Numbered from the stretch's first letter, positions 19,844-28,150 are shown. The stretch: 64,000 nucleotides of DNA from Alphaproteobacteria bacterium (GCA_965221125.1 CBDCRW010000007.1:544001-608000); one strand, 5' to 3'. Notes: generated by a model not told the origin, from the sequence alone. Numbers and translations are program-made.

Positions 19844-19855
19844 GCGACCTTAGAC

Positions 19856-19885
19856 ACCATAACTTGATCGCGTGGCGGTCGTCAA
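19856..19885 (-). promoter_or_regulatory. sigma70-like promoter for the tRNA(AGG) gene
   Basis: Minus strand TTGACG-N18-TATGGT, ending 12 nt before tRNA G1. Confidence 0.55.
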
Positions 19886-19982
19886 CGCAACAGGTCGCCG
19901 GATACGCCAGATGTAGCAAGCCGGCGCCGGCTTGCTACATCCCGCCTGCCTCGTGAGGCGCATCAGTTCCAGCATCTAGCGA

Positions 19983-20011
19983 TTGCGCCCGCATTGTGCC
20001 TCCGTTACGCT
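19983..20011 (+). promoter_or_regulatory. sigma70-like promoter
   Basis: TTGCGC-N17-TACGCT, predicted start about 20018, matching the 5' end of the downstream stem. Confidence 0.5.
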
Positions 20012-20018
20012 CTCCCTC

Positions 20019-20144
20019 GTCAATGACACGCGGAGCCCGCACGTCGGGTCGCCCGCCGAATACAACAGCCGCACGACCCGGCACGGGGTAGCTCCCCGCG
20101 CTTGGCGAATAGGCGGGACTTCACGCTATCCGTGTGTCGTTGAC
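20019..20144 (+). ncRNA. Putative pseudoknotted ncRNA B (family not recognised)
   Basis: 16-bp closing stem 20019-20034/20129-20144 whose two non-Watson-Crick pairs are G.U on +; inner stem 20043-20051/20074-20082; loop CCCGCC complementary to GGCGGG at 20112-20117. Confidence 0.55.
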
Positions 20145-20213
20145 ACGGCCCGGCACCCGCCGGGCCGCGAGCCGCCCTATATCGGTCGGTTCCAGCGGGC
20201 AGCGGAGGGCGAC

Positions 20214-20588
20214 ATGTGGAAAGCCATTACTCTCAGTCTAGTTCTGGCCTTGAGTTCGGCTGCGCCGACCTGGGCGCAGGATTCTGGCAACGAATTCGTC
20301 ATCACTGTGCCAACAGACTTGGATACGCGCTTGTTCTTTGTGGCGGAGACGCTATCTCCCCATAGGGTGCAAGTGGGGTCGCCGTACAATTATGGTTCGA
20401 TGTACGAAGGTGAGCGGCAACGGCTGGTTCAATTCGCTCGCTGGGGGTGTCAACTCTATGGTCGGGATCGTCTTGCTTATGTCGGAATACAAACCAATGA
20501 TCAACGTTGTGACGAAATGGGTGCGGCCGCCGCCGAGCGCGATCCTCATTGCTACCACATCCACACCTTCGTGTGCGTTGAGCGGTGA
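20214..20588 (+). CDS. Hypothetical secreted protein (124 aa), transposon passenger
   Basis: GGAGGG RBS; signal peptide MWKAITLSLVLALSSAAPTWA; 4 Cys; AT-richer codon usage than host genes. Confidence 0.7.
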   Translation: MWKAITLSLVLALSSAAPTWAQDSGNEFVITVPTDLDTRLFFVAETLSPHRVQVGSPYNYGSMYEGERQRLVQFARWGCQLYGRDRLAYVGIQTNDQRCDEMGAAAAERDPHCYHIHTFVCVER

Positions 20589-20628
20589 GTCGAGTCTCTC
20601 GGCTCGACCTGATGCGCGCCAGTGTTGA

Positions 20629-20721
20629 TGGCGGCGCGTCTAGGAGTTGAACCTAAAACGCCCTGGGGGACGTTCGCTCGGATTGTCAATCCGGCCTCCG
20701 GACCGCCGGAGATGGCGCGCC
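20629..20721 (-). tRNA. allo-tRNA-like gene (8/4 fold, Sec-type D arm, long variable arm), anticodon GAC (Val), CCA encoded
   Basis: GGCGCGCC AT CTCCGG CGGT CCGGAG G CCGGA TTGACAA TCCGA GC GAACGTCC CCCA GGGCGTTT TAGG TTCAACT CCTA GACGCGCC G CCA; one C.A mismatch in the acceptor stem and one at the top of the anticodon stem. Confidence 0.75.
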
Positions 20722-21034
20722 GCCATCTCCGGGAACCCACAATGTAATTCGCAGATCGCTCTGCTTCGCGCTAAGTGATTGATTCCACGTGTCAAGTCAG
20801 GTATATAAATCCCAAAAAAATGTCCTGCCAAACCGAGATACGCCGCATGGGAGCGCCGCATGTTCTCTGTGTGTTCCATGCGGGGAGGTCGCGGATATGG
20901 TCGTCTAAGGCGGCATCGCGGATGCTCACATCGCGGATGCGCCGGCTGCGTTTCGCCCGCCGCCCGACTATCCTGAACGCCCGCCGGAACGGTTCCGCCC
21001 GCGCCGCACAACCCCACAGCCGGAGGCCAGACGC

Positions 21035-23077
21035 GTGCCCCGAAGCGAAGCGCCATCCCGCCCAGCCGAGAACGATCCGCTGCTCCAGCCCTTCCGGCTG
21101 AAGCACCTCGTGCTCAGGAACCGCATCATGAGCACGAGCCACGCGTGCGGGCTCGCCGACGGCGGCATGCCGAGCGAGCGCTACCAGCGCTATCACGAGG
21201 CGAAGGCGAAGGGCGGGCTCGCGCTCACCATGTTCGGCGGCTCGTCCAACGTCTCGCCCGAGTCCGCGTGGCAGCTGCCGCAGATCAACCTCTACGACGA
21301 GCGGGTCGTCGAGCATTTTCGGCGGTTCGCGCGCCGCATCCATGCCCACGGCGCCGCGCTCATGTGCCAGGTGAGCCATGTCGGCGGGCGGGCCGAGGCC
21401 TACGCGGGCGCGGCGCTCGCCCCCATCGGCCCATCGCCGGTGCGCGAGACCCTGCACCGGGCCTTCGCCCGGGAGATGGACGAGAGCGACATCGCGCGGG
21501 TCGTGGCCGACTTCGCCGAGGCGGCGGCGCGCTGCAGGGACGGCGGGATCGACGGCATCGAGACCTTCGCCGGCGCGCACCTCATCGGCCAGTTCCTCTC
21601 GCCCGCGACCAATCGCCGCAGCGACAGGTTCGGCGGCTCGGTGGAGAACCGCTGCCGCTTCGGGCTGATGGTGCACGAGGCGATCCGCAAGCGAGTCGGC
21701 GATGATTTCGTCGTCGGCATGCGCTTCGTCATCGACGAGGCCGCGCCTGACCGCATCACCTTCGAGGACGGCCTGAAGATGGCCGCCATCTTCGAGGCAT
21801 CGGGCACCATCGACTTCTTCAACGCGATCTACGGCCGCATCGACACGGAGCTGAAGCTCGCCGTGGACTGCATGCCGGGCATGGCCTCGGCCGAAGCGCC
21901 GTTCCTGGCCCGCGCCGGTGCCTTCAAGCAGGCGGTGGGGCTCCCGGTCTTCCACGCGACGCGCATCACCTCGCTTGAGACGGCGCGGCACGCGATCCGC
22001 GAGGGCCTGCTCGACATGGTGGCGATGACCCGCGCACACATCGCGGACCCCGACCTGGTGGCGAAGCTCGCGCGGGGCGAGGCGGAACGGGTGCGGCCCT
22101 GCGTCGGCGCCACCCACTGCATGAGCCCGCTACGCCCGACCTGCATTCACAACCCGTCGACCGGCCACGAGGCTGCGTTGCCGCACGCCATCGAGCGGGC
22201 CGGGACGAGGCGCCGGGTGCTGGTAGCCGGCGGCGGGCCGGCCGGGCTCGAGGCCGCGCGGGTCTCTGCCGAGCGCGGCCATGCGGTGCGGCTTTGCGAG
22301 GCATCCGCGAGGCTCGGCGGGCAGGTGCTGCTGGCCGCACGGGCAAGCTGGCGGCGCGAGCTTGCCGGGATCGTCGAGTGGCGTGCCCGCGAGCTGGAGC
22401 GGCTCGGCGTCGAGGTCCGGCTCGACGCGCCCGTCGAGGCGGAGGGCGACGGCGCGCCGGAGGCCGATGTCGTCATCGTCGCGACCGGGGGCGTGCCCGA
22501 TCTCGACTGGATCGACGGCGCCGAGCACTGCACCAGCGTCCGGGACGTGCTCACCGGCGCGGCGGGCGCGGGCGAGGATTCGATCGTCTACGACGGGACC
22601 GGCCGCCACGCCGCGCTCACGGCGGCGGAGGCGATCAGGCAGGCGGGCGGGGAGGTCGCGTTCTTCGGCCTCGACGGCCACCTCGCGATGGAGATGTCCT
22701 ACGCCGAGCAGGTGGTCTGGCGGCGGCGCACCTACGAGATCGGCATCGAGCCCCGGCTCGACCGGCGCCTGGAACGTGTCGCGCGCGAGGGCAACCGGCT
22801 GCGCGTGACCTTCCGCAACGAACTCACGGACGAGGCGGAAGAGCATGAGACCGGCCGCATCGTGGTCGAGCACGGGACGCGCCCGGCCGACGCGCTTTTT
22901 CGGGGCCTCGCGGGCCGGTCGTCCAACCGGGGCGCCCTCGATCAGAAGGCTCTGCTCGCGGGGGAGCCGCAGCCGGAGGGCGAAGGTTTCCAGCTCTTCC
23001 GCATCGGCGACGCGGTCTCCAGCCGCAACATCTACGCCGCCGTGCTCGACGCCTTCCGCCTGTGCCGCACGATTTGA
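21035..23077 (+). CDS. NADH:flavin oxidoreductase (OYE-like + FAD domain), N-methylproline demethylase/DgcA-like
   Basis: LRNRIMSTSH, HLIGQFLSPATNRRSDRFGGS.ENR, VLVAGGGPAGLEAAR, LFRIGDAVSSRNI. Confidence 0.88.
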   Translation: MPRSEAPSRPAENDPLLQPFRLKHLVLRNRIMSTSHACGLADGGMPSERYQRYHEAKAKGGLALTMFGGSSNVSPESAWQLPQINLYDERVVEHFRRFARRIHAHGAALMCQVSHVGGRAEAYAGAALAPIGPSPVRETLHRAFAREMDESDIARVVADFAEAAARCRDGGIDGIETFAGAHLIGQFLSPATNRRSDRFGGSVENRCRFGLMVHEAIRKRVGDDFVVGMRFVIDEAAPDRITFEDGLKMAAIFEASGTIDFFNAIYGRIDTELKLAVDCMPGMASAEAPFLARAGAFKQAVGLPVFHATRITSLETARHAIREGLLDMVAMTRAHIADPDLVAKLARGEAERVRPCVGATHCMSPLRPTCIHNPSTGHEAALPHAIERAGTRRRVLVAGGGPAGLEAARVSAERGHAVRLCEASARLGGQVLLAARASWRRELAGIVEWRARELERLGVEVRLDAPVEAEGDGAPEADVVIVATGGVPDLDWIDGAEHCTSVRDVLTGAAGAGEDSIVYDGTGRHAALTAAEAIRQAGGEVAFFGLDGHLAMEMSYAEQVVWRRRTYEIGIEPRLDRRLERVAREGNRLRVTFRNELTDEAEEHETGRIVVEHGTRPADALFRGLAGRSSNRGALDQKALLAGEPQPEGEGFQLFRIGDAVSSRNIYAAVLDAFRLCRTI

Positions 23078-23220
23078 GCGTTTCCGCTTTGCGCGGAAAC
23101 GCTCAAAGCACTTTTCGCTCACGGCAGCCGGCTTTCAGCCGGCGCCTCCGCGAGGGCGCCGCATTCGCGGCGGGCCGCTGTCGCGGCCTGTCGCGCGTCC
23201 GTCAAAGTCGGACGCGCTCC
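23076..23220. repeat. Dispersed multi-hairpin repeat (~145 bp; MITE/RIME-like), intact copy
   Basis: Starts with palindrome GAGCGTTTCCG-N7-CGGAAACGCTC; inverted copy reconstructable from 44702-44735 + 49357-49471; palindrome alone also at 17285-17313. Confidence 0.8.
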
Positions 23221-23278
23221 GGACTACTGTGGGCGAGAGTGGCTGCCGCGCCGTGCGCGTCCGTCTTTGACGGACGCT

Positions 23279-25657
23279 CTACGTTTCCGCGCGGGCAGCG
23301 CGGCGGCCGCGCACGAGTTGCGAGAGAAAGACCAGACCGAGCAGCGCGAGGCCGGCGGGATAGATCAGCTCCTTGGGCGGCAGGTCGGTCTGCTCCACGT
23401 CGACGTCCGTGACGTAGTCGCCCCAGTCGATGCCGGCCTGCTCGCCCAGACCGTTCCAGGCGAGGTCGACCACGGCGTAGCGGCCGTCTTCCTCCCGCTC
23501 CAGCCCGACGCCAAAAGTCTCCGCCGGGGTCGCCGCCAGCTCGTCCGGGGTCTCCAGCACGAACAGCTTGTAGCGCTCGCCGTAGTCGGTCTCCCGCGTC
23601 ACGTGCAGGCGGACCTTGCGGCCGGGCTCGGGTGTGAACGTGCCGGAGGCGAAGGACTGGAAGGCGACCGGCTGGAAGGGCGGCGCGATCTCGTCCATGA
23701 AGAAGCCGGGGCGGAACAGCATGAAGCAGGCCGCGGCGAGCAGAATCGCCTCGTACCAGCGCACCTTGACGAACATCCAGCCCTGCGTGAGCGAGCTGAA
23801 GGCGAGGATCGCGAGCAGCGACATGATCGCGACGAGGGCGCCGTGCCAGATGCTTTCCACGCCGATGAGCAGCAGCTCGGTGTTGAACAGGAAGACCAAC
23901 GGCAGGATGGCGGTGCGGATGTCGTACATGAAGGACTGCACGCCGGTCCTCAGCGGGTCCGCCCGCGATATGGCCGAGGCCGCGAAGGCGGCAAGGCAGA
24001 CGGGTGGCGTCGAATCCGCCAGCAGGCCGTAATAGAAGACGTAGAGGTGGACCGCGATCAGCGGCAGGACGAGGCCGGCCGCGTTGCCGAGCTCCACCAG
24101 CACGCCGGCCAGCAGCGAGGCGACCACGAGGTAGTTCGCGGTCGTCGGCAGGCCCATGCCGAGGATGATGCAGAGGATCGCGGTGAGCCCCAGCAGGATG
24201 TAGACGTTGCCGCCGGCGATCGCCTCGACCACGCCCACCATGGCGTTGTTGAGGCCGGTGGACGAGACGGCGCCGACGATGATGCCGGCGGCGGCGACGG
24301 CGACCGCGATGCCCACCATGTTGCGCGCGCCCGCCACCATGCCGACGTAGATCTCGGTGAAGCCGTCGCTCACCGCTTCGCGCATCGGCTGCTCCCCGCC
24401 CCGGGCGGAGGCGATGACGCGCCGCGCGACGATGATGACCATCACCGAGACGATCGAGTAGAAGACCGCACTGTGCGCGCTCCAGCGCTCGACCATCAGC
24501 AGGTAGACCAGCACGACGATGGGAATCAGGTGGTGCGCGCCGCTGAGGAAGGTCTTGCGCAGCGGCGGGATCTCGACGCGCGGCAGGCCCTTGAGGCCGA
24601 GCTTCTTCGCTTCCAGGTGGGAGATGTAGAGCAGCGCGAGATAGCTGAGCACGGCGGGGATCGCCGCCGCCGCGACCACCTCGAAATACGAGATGCCGAT
24701 GAACTCGGCGATGATGAAGGCGGCGGCTCCCATGATCGGCGGCATGAGCTGGCCGTTGGTCGACGCCGCGACCTCGATGGCGCCGGCCTTCACCGCGGGC
24801 ATGCCGATGCGCCGCATCACGGGGATGGTGAAGGTGCCGGTGGTGACGACGTTGGCGATCGACGAGCCGGAGATCATGCCCGTCATGCCCGATGCCAGGA
24901 TCGCCGCCTTGGCCGGGCCTCCGCTGAAGCGGCCCACCATGGCGAAGGAGAGCGCGAGGAAGTACTGGCCCGCGCCCGCCTTGTCGAGCAGCGCGCCGAA
25001 CAGCACGAACAGGAAGACGAAGCCGACCGAGACGCTGAGGGGGATGCCGAAGACGGCCTCGCCCGTCAGCCACTGGTAGCCGATCAGGCGGTTCAGGCTG
25101 AGCCCCTTGTGCGAGACGATGTCCGGCATCGACTGGCCGAAGATCGAGTAGACCAGGAAGACCCCGCAGACGATCACCAGCGGGATGCCGATCGCGCGTC
25201 GCGTCGCGTCGAGCAGCAGCAGGATGCCGACGCCGCCGAGGATGGCTTCGACCGGAACGCCGTTCCAGACGTAGAGCAACCCGTGGCGGGAGACCAGCCC
25301 GTCCCAGCCGAAGAACAGGTAGAGGGCGGCGACGCAGCCGGCGAGCGCGCAGGCGACGTCCCAGGGCGGCAGGCCGCGCTCGCCGAGCCGACGCGAGACC
25401 GGATAGATCAGGTAGCAGAGCAGCAGCGCGAACGAGAGATGGATGCCGCGCGCGGGCACGTCGCCGATGATGGCGAAGTCGAACATGAAGGGGAGGGGAG
25501 AGGCGATCCAGAGCTGGTAGACCGACCACAGGAAGCAGAGCAGGCTGATGAGCAGGGCCAGGCGCGGACCCTGCCGGCGACCCTGGTACTCGACCTTCTC
25601 CAGGGTTTTCTCGGCCTCGGCCTGGGCCGCGGCCGTATTCGGCTGGCTATCCGTCAC
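23279..25657 (-). CDS. TRAP transporter fused permease (4TM/12TM, TAXI type)
   Basis: GGPAKAA, SGSSIANVVTTGTFTIP, GQLMPPIMGAAAF, LGMGLPTTANY, TPPV. Confidence 0.93.
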   Translation of the reverse strand: MTDSQPNTAAAQAEAEKTLEKVEYQGRRQGPRLALLISLLCFLWSVYQLWIASPLPFMFDFAIIGDVPARGIHLSFALLLCYLIYPVSRRLGERGLPPWDVACALAGCVAALYLFFGWDGLVSRHGLLYVWNGVPVEAILGGVGILLLLDATRRAIGIPLVIVCGVFLVYSIFGQSMPDIVSHKGLSLNRLIGYQWLTGEAVFGIPLSVSVGFVFLFVLFGALLDKAGAGQYFLALSFAMVGRFSGGPAKAAILASGMTGMISGSSIANVVTTGTFTIPVMRRIGMPAVKAGAIEVAASTNGQLMPPIMGAAAFIIAEFIGISYFEVVAAAAIPAVLSYLALLYISHLEAKKLGLKGLPRVEIPPLRKTFLSGAHHLIPIVVLVYLLMVERWSAHSAVFYSIVSVMVIIVARRVIASARGGEQPMREAVSDGFTEIYVGMVAGARNMVGIAVAVAAAGIIVGAVSSTGLNNAMVGVVEAIAGGNVYILLGLTAILCIILGMGLPTTANYLVVASLLAGVLVELGNAAGLVLPLIAVHLYVFYYGLLADSTPPVCLAAFAASAISRADPLRTGVQSFMYDIRTAILPLVFLFNTELLLIGVESIWHGALVAIMSLLAILAFSSLTQGWMFVKVRWYEAILLAAACFMLFRPGFFMDEIAPPFQPVAFQSFASGTFTPEPGRKVRLHVTRETDYGERYKLFVLETPDELAATPAETFGVGLEREEDGRYAVVDLAWNGLGEQAGIDWGDYVTDVDVEQTDLPPKELIYPAGLALLGLVFLSQLVRGRRAARAET

Positions 25658-25758
25658 GAGCGCCCCTGTCCGGCGCGTGTGTCCCCTCGTACCGCCGGGG
25701 CAGTGCGAAAACTAGCGGCCGGCACCCGGTTTGAGGTGCCGGCCGCCATGGTGCAGGG

Positions 25759-26760
25759 CTACATCCAGCCCTGTTCCGAATAGTACTTCGCGGCACCCGG
25801 ATGGAGCGGCGCGCTCAGACCGTTCTTGATCATGTTCGCGGGATCAAGGTTGGCGAAGGCGGGATGCAGGGACCTGAAGTCGTCCAGGTTCTCCATCACC
25901 GCACGCGTGACCTCGTAGACCACGTCCTCGGGCACGCTCTCGTGGCTGACGAAGGTCGCCATCACGCCGAACGTCGTCACGTCGCTGGCCGTGGTCTTGT
26001 AGGTGCCGGCCGGGATGGTGGTGAAGGCGTAGTAGGGATTCTCCGCCACCAGTTTCTGCTCGACCTCGCCGTTGAGGTTGACGATGTAGGCGCCGCAGCC
26101 GTCGGTCGCCACCGAGACGCCGGCGTTGGGCACGCCGACCGTGTAGCCGTAGGCGTCGATCTTGCCGTCGCAGAGCGCCTGCGACTGCTCGGTGGACGTC
26201 AGCTCCGTCGCCGCCGAGAAGTCGTCGGTGGACATGCCGTAGCCTTCCATCAGCACCTCGGTCGTGCCGCGCTGGCCCGAGCCGGGGTTGCCGATGTTCA
26301 TGCGCATGCCCTTGGTCTCGGTGAAGGAGCCGATCTCCGTGCCCGCGCCGGCGATCAGGTGGAAGGGCTCGCCGTGCACGGAGAAGACCGCGCGCAGGCC
26401 GGGGCAGTTCGTGACCTTGTCGGAGCTGCCGTTGACCGCATGGAACTGCCAGTCGGACTGGGCGACGCCGAAGTCCAGCTCGCCCTGGCAGATCTGGCCG
26501 ATGTTGTAGGTCGAGCCGCCGGTGGACGGCGCAGCGCAGCGGATGCCGTGCTTGCGGCCCGACTTGCGGCCCTCGGCGGCCTCCTTGTGGACCATGCGGC
26601 AGACCGAGTTGCCGACCACGAAGTAGACGCCGGTCGGCCCGCCGGTGCCGATGGAGATAAACCTCTTGTCCTGCGCGCTCGCGTCGCCCGCTGTTCCGAG
26701 GGTCAGGCCCATCAGGGCCGCCGCGGCCAGCGCGCACGTTGCGAGTTTGAGTGTTTTCAT
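25759..26760 (-). CDS. TAXI-family TRAP solute-binding protein
   Basis: Signal peptide; ISIGTGGPTGVYF, GVAQSD, IGNPGSGQR, PLHPGAAKYY; GAGG RBS before ATG 26760. Confidence 0.93.
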   Translation of the reverse strand: MKTLKLATCALAAAALMGLTLGTAGDASAQDKRFISIGTGGPTGVYFVVGNSVCRMVHKEAAEGRKSGRKHGIRCAAPSTGGSTYNIGQICQGELDFGVAQSDWQFHAVNGSSDKVTNCPGLRAVFSVHGEPFHLIAGAGTEIGSFTETKGMRMNIGNPGSGQRGTTEVLMEGYGMSTDDFSAATELTSTEQSQALCDGKIDAYGYTVGVPNAGVSVATDGCGAYIVNLNGEVEQKLVAENPYYAFTTIPAGTYKTTASDVTTFGVMATFVSHESVPEDVVYEVTRAVMENLDDFRSLHPAFANLDPANMIKNGLSAPLHPGAAKYYSEQGWM

Positions 26761-26874
26761 GACCTCGCCTCCTCGTATTGCGATCTGCCAACAATACACG
26801 CGGGCCGGAAACATCCCAACGGTTGTCGGCGTGACGGTTGTCGGCGTGACGAAGCGCCGCCTGTCGCGCTCGGC

Positions 26875-28020
26875 TCACTCCGTGAGGAAGGAGCGAAAGC
26901 GCCGCGCAACGTCGCGGGGGGTGATGGTGGGCCGCCCCAGGCCTGCGCGGGAGCCGGGCGCGATCAGCGCGTGGATCAGCACCGGCTTCGGGCTCTCGGC
27001 GAAGGCGGCTTCCAGCGCGCGGGCGAAGCCGGCCTCGCTGTCGCAACGGAAGGCGCACGGGTAGCCGCAGGCCTGGGCGACGGCGGCAAAATCCACGTTG
27101 GGGGAGACGGTCGCCTGGCCGCCGGTCGAATCGTGCATGCCGTTATCGAGCACGACGTGGATCAGGTTGCCGGGCGCGTGCGCGCCGACCGTCGCCACGG
27201 TGCCGAGCTTCATCAATGCCGCGCCGTCGCCGTCCAGCACCAGAACCGGGCGCCGCGTGTTGAGCGCGATGCCGAGGCCCATGGCGGAGGCGCAGCCCAT
27301 GGAGCCCACCTGATAGAGCTGCTGGGGGCGGTCCTCGCAGGTGAAAAGCTCGCGGCCGGTCTTGCCGGTGGTCGCCACCACCGCGGCCTCGCCCGGCGCG
27401 AGCGCCTGGCCTACGCGCAGCAGGTCGATCCGCGCGGGCCGTTCGCCGCCCTGGCGCAGGTCTTCGATCCTGCCGCGCGGGCGGATCGGCCGGTCGGGCT
27501 GATCGAGGCCGTCGTCGCGCACGCTGCCCTTCTCCATGATGAGCGCGAAGGGCAGGTCGTCGGCCGCCATGGCCCGCTCGGCGCAGTCGAGCGTCGCCGC
27601 CACGGCGTCGGCTTGGCCGGGAAAGCCCGCGTGGCCGATGGCGATGGTGTCGAGAAGCGCTGCCGTCACCTGGCCCATCAGCTCGTGTTGGGGCTCGTCC
27701 CCGAGTCCCGGCTGGCCCCGCCAGGTGACGATCAGGAGCGTCGGGATGCGGAAGGGGTGGTTGAGGGAGGTCAGCGGGTTGACGGTGTTGCCGAGGCCGG
27801 AGTTCTGGCACATCACGACCGTGCGCCGCCCCGCGAGCCAGGCGCCCGCCGCGATCGCCACGGCTTCGCCCTCGCTCGCCGCGCCCACGTAGTCGAGCGC
27901 GGGGCTGGAGATCACCCGGTTGATCAGCGGCGTGAGGAAGGAGCAGGGGACGCCGGCGTAGAACGAGAAGCCCCGTTCCAGCGCCGGCTCCAGGAAGGCG
28001 TCGGCCGCGATCATTCGCAT
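26875..28020 (-). CDS. aepY: Phosphonopyruvate decarboxylase-like ThDP enzyme (start 28020 or 28014)
   Basis: FYAGVPCS, EGEAVAIAAG, CQNSGLGNTVNPLTSL, DEPQH, VGSMG, DGDGAALM, NGMHDSTGGQ. Confidence 0.8.
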   Translation of the reverse strand: MRMIAADAFLEPALERGFSFYAGVPCSFLTPLINRVISSPALDYVGAASEGEAVAIAAGAWLAGRRTVVMCQNSGLGNTVNPLTSLNHPFRIPTLLIVTWRGQPGLGDEPQHELMGQVTAALLDTIAIGHAGFPGQADAVAATLDCAERAMAADDLPFALIMEKGSVRDDGLDQPDRPIRPRGRIEDLRQGGERPARIDLLRVGQALAPGEAAVVATTGKTGRELFTCEDRPQQLYQVGSMGCASAMGLGIALNTRRPVLVLDGDGAALMKLGTVATVGAHAPGNLIHVVLDNGMHDSTGGQATVSPNVDFAAVAQACGYPCAFRCDSEAGFARALEAAFAESPKPVLIHALIAPGSRAGLGRPTITPRDVARRFRSFLTE

Positions 28021-28150
28021 GTCTCCGGTGGTGGGAGATCGCGGGCATGATAGACCCGCACGCTGCCTGGAGGCACAGGCTGGTAACGAGAGCATCGTGC
28101 CCGGCCTGTCGTCAGTTGTCGTTTGACAGGCGACACATTAGAGTCCCTCA

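Larger units (their letters stand above)
17670..20813 (+). mobile_element. IS1595-family transposon with passenger cargo (3,144 bp)
   Basis: Left TIR GGGAATTACATACCTGACTTGACA (17670-17693) matches the reverse complement of 20790-20813 at 22/24; AAAAAAAT duplicated at 17662-17669 and 20814-20821; IS1595 transposase inside; lower GC than flanks. Confidence 0.93.

Noticed and set aside
20019-20144. HDV-like ribozyme call
   Set aside because: Pseudoknot and GGCGAAU are suggestive, but the P3/L3 and P1.1 core cannot be built; left as an unknown RNA.
20629-20721. Bona fide selC (tRNA-Sec)
   Set aside because: Anticodon is GAC, the fold is 8/4 and not 8/5, no selAB is nearby, and the window's formate dehydrogenase uses Cys.
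26819-26851. 15-bp tandem duplication ACGGTTGTCGGCGTG upstream of the TAXI gene
   Set aside because: Two copies only; consistent with simple slippage, no further support for function.
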